Source of the DNA: a virus
Lineage: Duplodnaviria; Caudoviricetes
Virus record (IMG/VR): IMGVR_UViG_2936381700_000001
Location: 5,047 to 69,046 of that record
Direction: 5' to 3' (one strand)
Length of the DNA: 64,000 bases
Shown here: piece after piece, positions 1 to 8,446 of the stretch
Layout of the letters: the number at the start of each line of letters is the position of its first letter
Numbering within the stretch: the first letter of the stretch is position 1
Notes under the pieces: model-generated
The model's input: only the letters and a program-made list of their open reading frames with translations
Told to the model about the DNA's origin: nothing
The model's database searches: none
Made by a program: the position numbers and the translations under genes

Positions 1-164
1 GAAACCACCAGGCGCAGACCGTTGAAGATCTGCTTGGCGATATCGGCGCGGACCTGGGCTTCCTTCGGCGTCAGCTTGCCGGCGCGCAGATCCTTCAGGT
101 CCTGCGCTAGTCCCCGGATGATCGACGGGACGTCGAAAACATCACCGATGTCGGTATTTTCCAT
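1..164 (-). CDS. Phage hypothetical protein, runs off window (MENTDIGDVFDVPSIIRGLAQDL...)
   Basis: ATG at 164 on minus strand, open to window edge, overlaps the end of the upstream gene. Confidence 0.55.
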   Translation of the reverse strand, partial: MENTDIGDVFDVPSIIRGLAQDLKDLRAGKLTPKEAQVRADIAKQIFNGLRLVV

Positions 165-453
165 TGAGGACTTCCCACGTGAGATAGTTGATCGCAGCCT
201 TCAGCTGCCGGAGCGTGTGATGGTTCTGACGGTTGAAAACCGGCCCGGATGATTTGCCGCCGTAATTGCGGGCGCAGCTGCCGCAGACGGGCTCACGCTC
301 GCGCGGCCGGCCGCGAATGTGAAACCGGTCATGATCCCATGGCTTCTTGACCGGCTGGTCGCAAAGAACGCAAACGAAGAGGATCGGCGGCGGATCGAAG
401 GCGCCGGGCTTTCGTTTCACAATGACGTCGATGTCATAGGCGTCGTCGCTCAT
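142..453 (-). CDS. Hypothetical protein with two CxxC pairs
   Basis: CVLC and CGSC; stop overlaps neighbours in the leftward operon. Confidence 0.65.
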   Translation of the reverse strand: MSDDAYDIDVIVKRKPGAFDPPPILFVCVLCDQPVKKPWDHDRFHIRGRPREREPVCGSCARNYGGKSSGPVFNRQNHHTLRQLKAAINYLTWEVLNGKYRHR

Positions 454-704
454 CAGTTTGACCTCGCCTTTCGATAGGCAGCCACCTGGTCGGCGTGCGC
501 TTTCACCTGTCTCGGCAGTTTCTCGATGACGATATCCAGCGCCTCCGCGTGGTTCGCCTCGGGGATCATGGTGGCGATAATGGCGGCGCAGGCGTCCGAG
601 CAGGCGGCCATGGCCTCGACCTGGGTCAGAACGTCCATACGGACAGCTTCGGCAAGGGCCGTGACCATCGTGTCGCGCAGGTTGATTTGTGCTTCCTTGC
701 TCAC
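453..704 (-). CDS. Phage hypothetical protein
   Basis: GTG start at 704 overlaps stop of upstream gene (GTGA coupling). Confidence 0.6.
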   Translation of the reverse strand: MSKEAQINLRDTMVTALAEAVRMDVLTQVEAMAACSDACAAIIATMIPEANHAEALDIVIEKLPRQVKAHADQVAAYRKARSN

Positions 705-919
705 AGCAGCGCTCCCTTGTCTCTCGATCGGCGGCAGGCTGGGCAGAAGTGCTGCCAGGTGCCGGCGTGGCGCTCGATCAGCCAGCGGGCGATTTTGGCG
801 ATGCGGACAGCCTTGGCGCTCGCTGCGCGCGGATCCGCGTCCATCACCGATTCCAGCGAATCCGGGCAGCTGTCGCAGCTGATCTTGGCCGTACCGGCGA
901 TGGGATCGGTTCTCAGCAT
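701..919 (-). CDS. Small Zn-finger-like hypothetical protein
   Basis: CDSC and CPAC; coupled to neighbours. Confidence 0.65.
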   Translation of the reverse strand: MLRTDPIAGTAKISCDSCPDSLESVMDADPRAASAKAVRIAKIARWLIERHAGTWQHFCPACRRSRDKGALL

Positions 920-1788
920 TGGCGCCGGTCTCCGATCTGGTCGATGTTTTGCTTTTCAACGGTGAAGGCGTAGGCAATCACCCACGGATTGGCGTTCCAC
1001 GAATCCAGGCCATTGATCATGATCCACAGCGAGCGGAAGCTTTCGCGCGGATCGGGATGATAGTTCGCCGGCGTCAGGCCGTCCGCTTCGTAGAATGCAG
1101 TCGTGTATGGCATCCAGCCTGATTTGTAGCGTTCGATGCCTTCGGCGATCGCGTCCGCCTCGCTGATGTCCTGCACTCGCTCGATCTTGACAGCCGTCAC
1201 GAGGAGCGTGAGGCGTGATGCCCATCGCGGCATGTGGATCGAAGGTCTCCAGCGGATCTCTGCTTTTCTGAGGACTTCGCCTTCGAAACCAATGCAGGGA
1301 TAAAGCTCGGAGGGGTTCGCGTCCTCGCCGTCGGCGGCGTAGCGCACGGTCGAGCACATGCCGCCGCGGGGATTCGCGTTCAAATAATCGCGGGGATCAC
1401 CGTATTCCGATTGCCATTCGTAATTGTTCTCTTCGGTCCCGGTCTCATAGTCGACACGGCACTCGGTGAAGGCATGCGTCTCCTTCACCCATATCCGATC
1501 GCCTGGCTGGATCTTCGGATAGATGCGATGAACGGTGTCCTTGTAGGGATCCGCGTCGCCGGCAAGCCAGGGAAGCTTGAGGTATGGGCCGGGGTTGCCC
1601 ATCGGCGATGGGCCGTCGTCGACCCATGCCTTATCCCAGTCCCACTCCTGCGCCTTCGCCAGCTTGGTCCACGGTCTACCGTCGAACAGCGTGTTTGCTG
1701 GCGTGGGAATGCGGCGCGTGTTCGTCTTGCGGTCATCGAGCTCGGCGCGCACCATCGGTGCCGAGAACAGCATCGGGTGATCGGTCAT
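913..1788 (-). CDS. ASCH/PUA-like phage protein
   Basis: PMLFSAPMVRAELDDRKTNTRR, GDRIWVKE, WRPSIHMPRWASRLTL, NPWVIAYAF motifs. Confidence 0.75.
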   Translation of the reverse strand: MTDHPMLFSAPMVRAELDDRKTNTRRIPTPANTLFDGRPWTKLAKAQEWDWDKAWVDDGPSPMGNPGPYLKLPWLAGDADPYKDTVHRIYPKIQPGDRIWVKETHAFTECRVDYETGTEENNYEWQSEYGDPRDYLNANPRGGMCSTVRYAADGEDANPSELYPCIGFEGEVLRKAEIRWRPSIHMPRWASRLTLLVTAVKIERVQDISEADAIAEGIERYKSGWMPYTTAFYEADGLTPANYHPDPRESFRSLWIMINGLDSWNANPWVIAYAFTVEKQNIDQIGDRRQC

Positions 1789-2399
1789 GCTGCACCGCTT
1801 TTCTTGTCATGCTCCCGGTATCGGCGCAGAAGTTCGTCGCCCGCCTCGGCGTTGATCCGGTCTAGCTGCCGCAGCGCCCAGTTAAGGCCTTCTGCGAAAC
1901 CGGCGGCGCGGCCTTTGTGATGCGAATCGATCCAGCGTTGCGTCTGCTTGCGCTCATGGTCGTCGACGACATTTGTGACAGTGACGGCGAAAGCCCCGCG
2001 CGAGTGCGGCTCGGCGTTGTGGTAGGAGACGGCGCCCGGCTCGCCGCTGACGGGGACCGTGCGCCACCATTCCTGCCGGCAATCATCGGGGCGGACATAG
2101 CGGCGATCATAATATGGATCGGCGCCGGTGTACTCGTTGCAGGCTTCGGCGAACTTATGCCGGTCATAGTGGCCGCGTGCGAAGAAGCCCATGACTGACC
2201 CGCTGTCGAGCTCTCGGGATTCCTCGATCGAGATGCCGTGATTCCGTGCTTCCTTCCATTTGAAGGATGCGTCGACGAGGAAGCGGGAAAGCTCGTCGCG
2301 GCTGATGAGGCGCATATCAGGATGTTCGGCAGCTGAGGTTCGGCCGTCATTATCGCATAGTTCCTGCCACGCTTTATCAAGTAGGATCTCGATGCTCAT
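1785..2399 (-). CDS. Phage hypothetical protein
   Basis: ATG at 2399 overlapping upstream stop (ATGA); 204 aa. Confidence 0.7.
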   Translation of the reverse strand: MSIEILLDKAWQELCDNDGRTSAAEHPDMRLISRDELSRFLVDASFKWKEARNHGISIEESRELDSGSVMGFFARGHYDRHKFAEACNEYTGADPYYDRRYVRPDDCRQEWWRTVPVSGEPGAVSYHNAEPHSRGAFAVTVTNVVDDHERKQTQRWIDSHHKGRAAGFAEGLNWALRQLDRINAEAGDELLRRYREHDKKSGAA

Positions 2400-2866
2400 C
2401 GGCCGATCCTCGCTTCGCTGCGCTGCAGGCGCGCGGCGGCGAACATGCTGATCGGCGGTAGGCTGATCGCCATGCGGACGGTGCGTGCGGCCCCGCTCTT
2501 GTCCGTCGCCGAGGCCGTGACGCCGATGATGATCTTGTCTTCGCGGATATCGAGATCCGGGATCTCCGGAATGAGATTGTGGCTGCGGCAGTAGACCCAT
2601 GCGCAACCGGCCGCTCGGCCGTAGTAGCGGTCGATATCGGAATAGCTCATGCCGCTCCGCAGCAATTCCGTGACCTCCTCGAGCGAGAACGGCTTGCGCT
2701 GGGACGGCTCCGAAGCCACGACATTGATCAGGCGGAGCTCCGTCAGCTTTTCGCGCAGCGTCGTGCGGTGCACCTGGTAGCGCTTGACGATCTCCGAGCG
2801 CGTCACGCCCTCGGCGACCAACCGGCGCAGGGTTTCGTCATCGGGAAGCTTTTTCGGTTTTGTCAT
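2396..2866 (-). CDS. Protein with two tandem HTH-like units
   Basis: LRRLVAEGVTRSEIVKRYQVHRTTL and LLRSGMSYSDIDRYYG. Confidence 0.7.
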   Translation of the reverse strand: MTKPKKLPDDETLRRLVAEGVTRSEIVKRYQVHRTTLREKLTELRLINVVASEPSQRKPFSLEEVTELLRSGMSYSDIDRYYGRAAGCAWVYCRSHNLIPEIPDLDIREDKIIIGVTASATDKSGAARTVRMAISLPPISMFAAARLQRSEARIGR

Positions 2867-4059
2867 TCTGCGGCCTCCTTGGTGAAATGAGCGGGAAGGG
2901 GCGGATATCCGTTGTGCTCAACGCCGGCGAGCAGCCGGCCGGCGCGGGATTTGGTGACGCGGAACATGCCTATCGGCTGGCGCATGCCGTCGCAGCTCGG
3001 TTTGGCCTGGCGGCCGTCGACGTCGAGCCAGATGGCGTCGTTTGTTGCCATGGCGCTGTCGGTGTGGCCGTTCTCTTCGCTGGCGATGATCCAGTTGCCC
3101 CACTGCTTGAAAAGGAAGGGGACGTCGGCGATCGCGCATTGATCGCGCAGCGCATATGCCCAATGAGGGTGCATGGGACGGGCGCCGGAACCGCTTTCGC
3201 CGCCGGCGACCATCCAGCCAATGCGGGGGATTTCGTTGCAGTCTGTAATCTGATGGCAGTTGCAGCAGATGACGTCAGCGTCGCCACTGTCGGCCATCGG
3301 GCTGACGTGCTGGAGTTCAGACGAGCCGACCCAACCGCAATGCTCGCATTTGGTCATGAAGTATTCCGGGGCGATGAAGTAATGGCCTTGAGGACTTCGT
3401 GCGCGCCGTCCGGACGGAAGCCAGCGCTTCCAGTCAATCCCGCCGAGGGAAGGCTCATTAGACACCCAAAGCACGGCGGCCGGAATTTCGTGAAGGATTG
3501 AAAGGCGCTCATCGGCGCGCTTCTGATCCTCGACGGAGACGCCGAGCCAGACGTTCGGGAGCGGCAGGCCCTTCGTATGGCCGCTATGAAAATCTCCGGC
3601 CCAGCTCGCGCCTTCTATGCCATCGATCCGGAATGCCTGGTCCATCAGATGATCGAGCAGACCCGGTGCCGTCAGATATTCCCGCATCCGCTCCGGTCGC
3701 TTGGTCAGCACCTGGAAGATGTGATGGGGCGCCAGCGCCATGACAGCGAAGATCTTGTCGATCCATTCGTCCGGCACGCCTTCGGCGAAGAGATCGCCGT
3801 GGGCGCAGACGAAGATCATGCGCGGGCGCTTCCAACTGAGTGGCTGAGTGAGCCATTCCTCATTGAAGCGGACCTCGCCGGTCCAGACCGGGCCGGCCTT
3901 GCTGTCCCTCGTCAGGCCGGCGCGGCTCGGGTGATGCTGCAGGCGCGTGCCGGCGAGCTTCATGGCGTAGCAGTTGGTGCAGCCGGGGGAGACAATCGCG
4001 CAGCCGGTGATCGGGTTCCAGGTGGCGTCGGTCCATTCGATCTTGGTACCGTCAGACAT
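2863..4059 (-). CDS. DUF5131 / phage Gp37-Gp68 family radical-SAM-like protein
   Basis: KIEWTDATWNPITGCAIVSPGCTNCYA, WLGVSVEDQ, GGESG, PFLFKQWG; start at 4059 coupled to upstream stop. Confidence 0.9.
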   Translation of the reverse strand: MSDGTKIEWTDATWNPITGCAIVSPGCTNCYAMKLAGTRLQHHPSRAGLTRDSKAGPVWTGEVRFNEEWLTQPLSWKRPRMIFVCAHGDLFAEGVPDEWIDKIFAVMALAPHHIFQVLTKRPERMREYLTAPGLLDHLMDQAFRIDGIEGASWAGDFHSGHTKGLPLPNVWLGVSVEDQKRADERLSILHEIPAAVLWVSNEPSLGGIDWKRWLPSGRRARSPQGHYFIAPEYFMTKCEHCGWVGSSELQHVSPMADSGDADVICCNCHQITDCNEIPRIGWMVAGGESGSGARPMHPHWAYALRDQCAIADVPFLFKQWGNWIIASEENGHTDSAMATNDAIWLDVDGRQAKPSCDGMRQPIGMFRVTKSRAGRLLAGVEHNGYPPLPAHFTKEAAE

Positions 4060-4570
4060 GCGCGCCCCCCTCGGTGTTGCCGGCAGGCGAGGCGATATCG
4101 CCATAGCGGTACGTGTCGATCTTGCCAGCCGTCGGCTCGCCGGTTTCGAGATCGACCGTCGGCGAACCTTCCAGGCAGGCGGCGTGGCAGATGCCGAGTT
4201 CGATATCGGTGGAGCAGATATCGTCGGCCTGGATCGGCTTGGCGCAGATGTCGCAATGACCGTGCCCGGCATCCTCCTCGAGCATAGCCTGCCAGCGGCG
4301 GAAGCCGGCGAGCTTACGATCAAAGCGCGCCTGGTCGAACTCGTCGCCGATCAGATCGCGCAGCCACTGGGTGGCGGCGAGCACATCGGCGATCTCGTCG
4401 AACAGCGCCTTGCGGTTCGGCATGCCGGAAACGGGCTCGCTGGCGTCAAGGCCTTGGATGAGGCAGCGGAAGAGGATGGTGGCGAGCTCGCCGGCTTCCT
4501 CTCCCGCCTTGCCGAGCGCCTGGTGAATGAGGATATGGGCCTCCGGTTTCCAGGGGGTGATTTCAGACAT
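4052..4570 (-). CDS. MazG-like NTP pyrophosphohydrolase domain plus C-terminal Cys-rich domain
   Basis: KAGEEAGEL...DEIADV EExxE/ExxD pattern; CDIC...CHAAC. Confidence 0.62.
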   Translation of the reverse strand: MSEITPWKPEAHILIHQALGKAGEEAGELATILFRCLIQGLDASEPVSGMPNRKALFDEIADVLAATQWLRDLIGDEFDQARFDRKLAGFRRWQAMLEEDAGHGHCDICAKPIQADDICSTDIELGICHAACLEGSPTVDLETGEPTAGKIDTYRYGDIASPAGNTEGGAHV

Positions 4571-4820
4571 GGGTATGCTCCGCGTCGGCTCTTGTGAGCT
4601 TGAGTTTCTGATATCGCTGCGCCGAGATCTCGCGATGGCGGTCGCCGTAGAGTTCGTTGTAGGCGATGTTCCGCGCCAGCCGGACCTTGTCGGGGATCGG
4701 CTCTTTGCGCTTCACCAGCGAATGGTAGATGTTCAGCGCGCGCTTGAGGCCGCAGCGCCGATCGCGCTCGTCGCAGTCCGGCAAGGCGCAGAAAAAGCAG
4801 GGATGGTGCTGGCCTATCAC
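4563..4820 (-). CDS. Phage hypothetical protein
   Basis: Coupled ORF, 85 aa, Cys-rich N-terminus. Confidence 0.6.
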   Translation of the reverse strand: MIGQHHPCFFCALPDCDERDRRCGLKRALNIYHSLVKRKEPIPDKVRLARNIAYNELYGDRHREISAQRYQKLKLTRADAEHTHV

Positions 4821-5101
4821 TTCGCGCCTTCCTTGTTTCCGTTGGCCGGAACCGAACGAAGGCTAAAGAAACCCTCCGCGGCGACGGTCGCCCCGCCCAA
4901 GCAGCGGGCGAGGGTTTCGATGTTTTCGGCCATAGGGCGTGGCGAGTATTGCGACTGCAAATGAACGGCCGCAGTCAGCAGCATCATGATGCCATCTGCC
5001 GGGTCCGTTCCCGCTGAATCGCAGATGGAGCGTGTGACGGCCTCGATGGCCAGCACGCGCTGACGAGGATCGTCTATTTTGCCCGTGATTTTGATTTCCA
5101 T
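4817..5101 (-). CDS. Phage hypothetical protein
   Basis: Coupled ORF, 94 aa. Confidence 0.65.
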   Translation of the reverse strand: MEIKITGKIDDPRQRVLAIEAVTRSICDSAGTDPADGIMMLLTAAVHLQSQYSPRPMAENIETLARCLGGATVAAEGFFSLRSVPANGNKEGAK

Positions 5102-5104
5102 CGG

Positions 5105-5347
5105 TCATCTCTCTGCCGACAGCTTGCGCTCGCCGGTCTCGATGTCGAACCGCAAGCCGCAGCCATAGCGATCGTGGCGAGGCAGGCCGAGCATCAGGAA
5201 GGTGTTGTCGAAGGTCGTATCGCGCACGGGCTCACACCACATCGTCCGACCGTCGGCCTCCAATGTCATGCGCATCATCGTTTCGCAGTTCAGGCAGTGG
5301 GGCCGGTAATCTGGCTCTGTCTTCAGTCTTTCGGATAGACCGCTCAT
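5105..5347 (-). CDS. Phage hypothetical protein
   Basis: Coupled ORF, CLNC motif. Confidence 0.55.
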   Translation of the reverse strand: MSGLSERLKTEPDYRPHCLNCETMMRMTLEADGRTMWCEPVRDTTFDNTFLMLGLPRHDRYGCGLRFDIETGERKLSAER

Positions 5348-6312
5348 GCCGCCACCTTGCTTTCTGCAAAGTGCCGATCGAGGATCATGCGGGCGCCGTG
5401 CTGGATCGCTGCGATCTGGAAGAAGGCTTGGCTCCGATATTCGTAGACGCCGGAGTAGTCGTCATAACCGACGTCGCGGTACATCATCCCGATGAGCTCG
5501 TCCTCGGCTCGTGAGCTTGCCCACATCTCGAAGCAGTGTTTCAGCCGCTCCAAGCCATCGTCGGTCAGCATGAAGTTGGGGTCACGCTCGAAGCACTCGC
5601 CGACGTCGCGGAGGTGGTTCCAGAGCCTTGCCAACCACAAAAATCCTTCGGGCACATGCCAGCCGAACTCCTCGGCCTCGCTCCAGATGGCGCGATTGAG
5701 ATAATGGGATGGCCGTGGGCACTCCCTGAAACCATAGTGGATCTTCGGGTGATCCTCATTCCAGCATTTCAGGGCTTGCTCGAACTCGCGCTTGGTCATG
5801 CCCTCGCGCTTGAGCCACTTTGGCTTTTCAGCTTCCCACTCGGCGGTCTCTTCTGCGAGCGCCTTCTGACTGTCGGCGACTTCCTGGGTGAGGCAACGCC
5901 AGATATCCTCGATGGTCTCATCGCGCTGAAAGGCACGCTGTTCTTTGGTCTTGCTGAGAAGGTAATGGTAATCAGGCGACAGCAGCCAGTTGCACGCCTC
6001 CTCAAGTGTTGGCATTGCCTGGTAATGCACCACGGTGAGCTCGCCCAGATCTCCGACAATCGTCATGTGGCCGGGCGTCCAGGTGAGCGTGAAGGCGTAG
6101 AAGGAATTGTAGGTGAACTTGGCGGCTTCGACGGGCGGCAACACCCGCAGGAACGGGTAGGCACCTTGTTCGCGCCTCGTCACCTTCTTGTCGACGTAAT
6201 GCATGTGGAACCGGAACGATTTGACCGGCTCCTCGACCATGATGTGGTTCGCGAGGCACCTGGCGGCATCCGCCATCGCCTTTTCGCGGCGATCTTTGTA
6301 GAGGTGTCCCAT
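5344..6312 (-). CDS. Phage hypothetical protein, 322 aa
   Basis: Long ORF coupled at both ends. Confidence 0.75.
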   Translation of the reverse strand: MGHLYKDRREKAMADAARCLANHIMVEEPVKSFRFHMHYVDKKVTRREQGAYPFLRVLPPVEAAKFTYNSFYAFTLTWTPGHMTIVGDLGELTVVHYQAMPTLEEACNWLLSPDYHYLLSKTKEQRAFQRDETIEDIWRCLTQEVADSQKALAEETAEWEAEKPKWLKREGMTKREFEQALKCWNEDHPKIHYGFRECPRPSHYLNRAIWSEAEEFGWHVPEGFLWLARLWNHLRDVGECFERDPNFMLTDDGLERLKHCFEMWASSRAEDELIGMMYRDVGYDDYSGVYEYRSQAFFQIAAIQHGARMILDRHFAESKVAA

Positions 6313-6461
6313 CAGCCGTTCCCCTTCACGCGTTTAACCTTGCGAATGATGCCGTCGTGCTGGTCGCTCGCAGCCTTGCTGGCTGCGGTGCTGCTGGCGG
6401 CCGTCACGTCGAGCTTGGTGCCGTCCTCGAAATGGACGCGGAAGAGTGTGTCAGCCGGCAT
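6312..6461 (-). CDS. Small phage protein (MPADTLFRVHFEDG...)
   Basis: ATG at 6461; stop overlaps next start. Confidence 0.5.
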   Translation of the reverse strand: MPADTLFRVHFEDGTKLDVTAASSTAASKAASDQHDGIIRKVKRVKGNG

Positions 6462-6732
6462 GGCGCACCTCGGGCAAGAAACCGGCGTGGACGTTGACTG
6501 CGAGCAGCACGAGCTCGGCGATCGCGACTGCCTCGGTATCGGGGCGCTCGCCGTGCATGTCGGCGACGCAGACCATCTTGCCGTCGGCGTCGATGATCGT
6601 GCCGGGGTAACTCGGATCATGGCTGAGCGGCAGGCGGATGCCGAGCGCTGCCAGGGCGGCTTCGTAGCGGCTGACGGCCGGGGTGGTTTTCAGGGAGAGC
6701 ATTTCAGCCACGGTGACCTCCATTGCGCTCAA
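6451..6732 (-). CDS. Phage hypothetical protein
   Basis: ORF track; IIDADGKMVCVAD motif; start uncertain. Confidence 0.55.
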   Translation of the reverse strand: MSAMEVTVAEMLSLKTTPAVSRYEAALAALGIRLPLSHDPSYPGTIIDADGKMVCVADMHGERPDTEAVAIAELVLLAVNVHAGFLPEVRHAG

Positions 6733-7036
6733 GCCAGTGGCGGATGGAGCGGCGCAGCGCCGCGTCCTCGGCCATGCCGCGCAGGTTCAAAAGATGCATG
6801 ATACCGGTCAGCGCCGATTGCAGCGTCTCGCCGGAACAGATGGCACTGGTCTCGTCCAGGGCATTGCCGTCATTGGTGAACTGCAGGCTGCCGCAGGTTT
6901 CGGCGAGCGCGGCGGCGAAGGCCTCGCTCGCATAGATCAGCTGGTTGCGGTTGTAAGCCGCCGTGCTCTGCGGCACGGCGCGCAGCTGCGGCTGGGCGGC
7001 CGGGCGGCGTTCGGGGAAGGCGAGGATGTCGGCCAT
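6704..7036 (-). CDS. Phage hypothetical protein
   Basis: ORF in leftward operon. Confidence 0.62.
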   Translation of the reverse strand: MADILAFPERRPAAQPQLRAVPQSTAAYNRNQLIYASEAFAAALAETCGSLQFTNDGNALDETSAICSGETLQSALTGIMHLLNLRGMAEDAALRRSIRHWLERNGGHRG

Positions 7037-7037
7037 A

Positions 7038-7166
7038 TCAGGATCTCCGCCGGCGCTTGAGGGGTACGCTGCTGCAGCCGCCGCGCGTGATGGCGACGAC
7101 GCATGCAGCGAAGCTGGTGGCGATAAAAACGCCGAAGAAGACGGTCATCAGCCAGGTCGTGCTCAT
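7038..7166 (-). CDS. 42-aa single-TM membrane protein (MSTTWLMTVFFGVFIATSFAACVVAITRGG...)
   Basis: Not in ORF track; ATGA overlap with upstream stop; hydrophobic stretch then basic tail. Confidence 0.55.
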   Translation of the reverse strand: MSTTWLMTVFFGVFIATSFAACVVAITRGGCSSVPLKRRRRS

Positions 7167-7396
7167 GCTGGCACCTGCAGGGCAAAAGTGAATGCTAGCG
7201 TGAATCCGAGGGCGAGCAGCATCGCGGCTTCGGCGCGACGCTGGATCTTCACCCGCATGCGCATTGTATGAAGCGCACGCTGTTCGAGGTCTCGGCCATT
7301 GGCGTCCGAAATCAGGACATCGGCTAGGCTGATGCGCGCCGGCACGAATGGCGTGAAGTGGTTCATTGGCCGGCCCTCAATTGAAGTCATCGTCAT
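7163..7396 (-). CDS. Small protein with C-terminal TM helix
   Basis: AMLLALGFTLAFTFAL; coupled. Confidence 0.55.
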   Translation of the reverse strand: MTMTSIEGRPMNHFTPFVPARISLADVLISDANGRDLEQRALHTMRMRVKIQRRAEAAMLLALGFTLAFTFALQVPA

Positions 7397-7688
7397 CGCC
7401 CGACGACGCCAGCGATGGCTGCGGACGATAATCGACTGGGCGGATCGGGCGCGGATCGACGCCGTAGCTCCGGTAGGCCATGTCGCGCACGACCTCCTCG
7501 GTCGCGGGGCGGATCGCGTAGATCGCGGGCGTCCCGTAGAACTCGGTGACGCTCTCGCCGTCTGAGACGGGAATATCGATACGCAGCATCTTGCCGCCGG
7601 CGATCTCGACCTCTTTGGCGTGGCCGGGGCGCTTGCGATGGCCCATCAGCTCGACGATCGCCCAGCTTTCAAAAACTTCGGATGTCAT
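7377..7688 (-). CDS. Phage hypothetical protein
   Basis: WAIVELMGHRK...MLRIDIP...TEFYG, a pattern recalled from phage early genes. Confidence 0.75.
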   Translation of the reverse strand: MTSEVFESWAIVELMGHRKRPGHAKEVEIAGGKMLRIDIPVSDGESVTEFYGTPAIYAIRPATEEVVRDMAYRSYGVDPRPIRPVDYRPQPSLASSGDDDDFN

Positions 7689-7758
7689 GAAACCCTCCGT
7701 TCATCCGTTTGGGCATCCGCTCCGTTCCTGGTCGGAGCGGGAGCCGAACTGGATCATC

Positions 7759-7968
7759 TCAGGCGGCAACCTGTTCGCTGAGGCGGATGCGCTCGGCGAC
7801 GGCGGCTGCGTTGCGGGCCTGGCTTTCACGGCTGATGCCGGCGCGCTCGAGATCGACGTCAGTCATCGGGCCGCGCTCCTGGTAGAGCTTGAACATTGCA
7901 TCCCGGTCGGCTGCATCGGGATCGACGACGGGCGTCGGTACGGGCTTCTTCTTCTCGGTCTTGATCAT
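7759..7968 (-). CDS. First gene of leftward early operon, hypothetical
   Basis: AAGGAG 6 nt upstream of ATG 7968. Confidence 0.65.
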   Translation of the reverse strand: MIKTEKKKPVPTPVVDPDAADRDAMFKLYQERGPMTDVDLERAGISRESQARNAAAVAERIRLSEQVAA

Positions 7969-8081
7969 CGCCATCTCCTTGAGCCTCCGCTCTCCAGGCG
8001 ACCCGCCGCCGGCCGCGAGAGTGCGGACCGGCGGCGTTCTGCGCGCCGTCCGGCGTGGGGAGGAGCATCGCCGGGACAAGA

Positions 8082-8136
8082 TGGAAATTAAATCTACATT
8101 CGAACGGCGTCAAGTGAGAGATAGAAATAAAATCTA
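8082..8136 (-). promoter_or_regulatory. PL-like promoter with two operator sites
   Basis: Minus strand TTGACG(8113-8108)-17-TAATTT(8090-8085); TGGAAAT-T-AAATCTA 8082-8096 and TAGAAAT-A-AAATCTA 8122-8136. Confidence 0.7.
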
Positions 8137-8200
8137 TAACGCTGATTCGACTCGACTCTAGCCGGGTTCTTGGGATTAATAAGAACCAAAGGAGAACGGC

Positions 8201-8446
8201 ATGCAACTTTTGATCAGTGAAGCCTCACGGCAATTTGAATTGCAGATCAGATGCGAGAACTGCATGCGCGAGAGCGCCAGGCTCATTTCAGTGCCGAGGA
8301 TTGATGGCGCGCCGAGCGATGTCGAGGAACTGCTGGAGAGTGGTTTTTTGAGGAGCTTGCGCTTCTCATGCGCAAAATGTGACAGCGCAATAGGCATTCT
8401 CGTAGCCGTCTCGCTATGTAGCGAGGTCCTTGCTGACGTTGCCTAG
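8201..8446 (+). CDS. Small Zn-ribbon protein
   Basis: GGAG RBS; CENC...CAKC; stop overlaps cI stop in CTAG. Confidence 0.7.
   Translation: MQLLISEASRQFELQIRCENCMRESARLISVPRIDGAPSDVEELLESGFLRSLRFSCAKCDSAIGILVAVSLCSEVLADVA

Noticed and set aside
4060-4323. N-terminal extensions in the ORF track (DUF5131, C5-MTase from 14496, rep from 20405, portal from 26497, protease from 27734)
   Set aside because: They overlap real upstream genes; downstream starts coupled to the preceding stop or with a good RBS fit better
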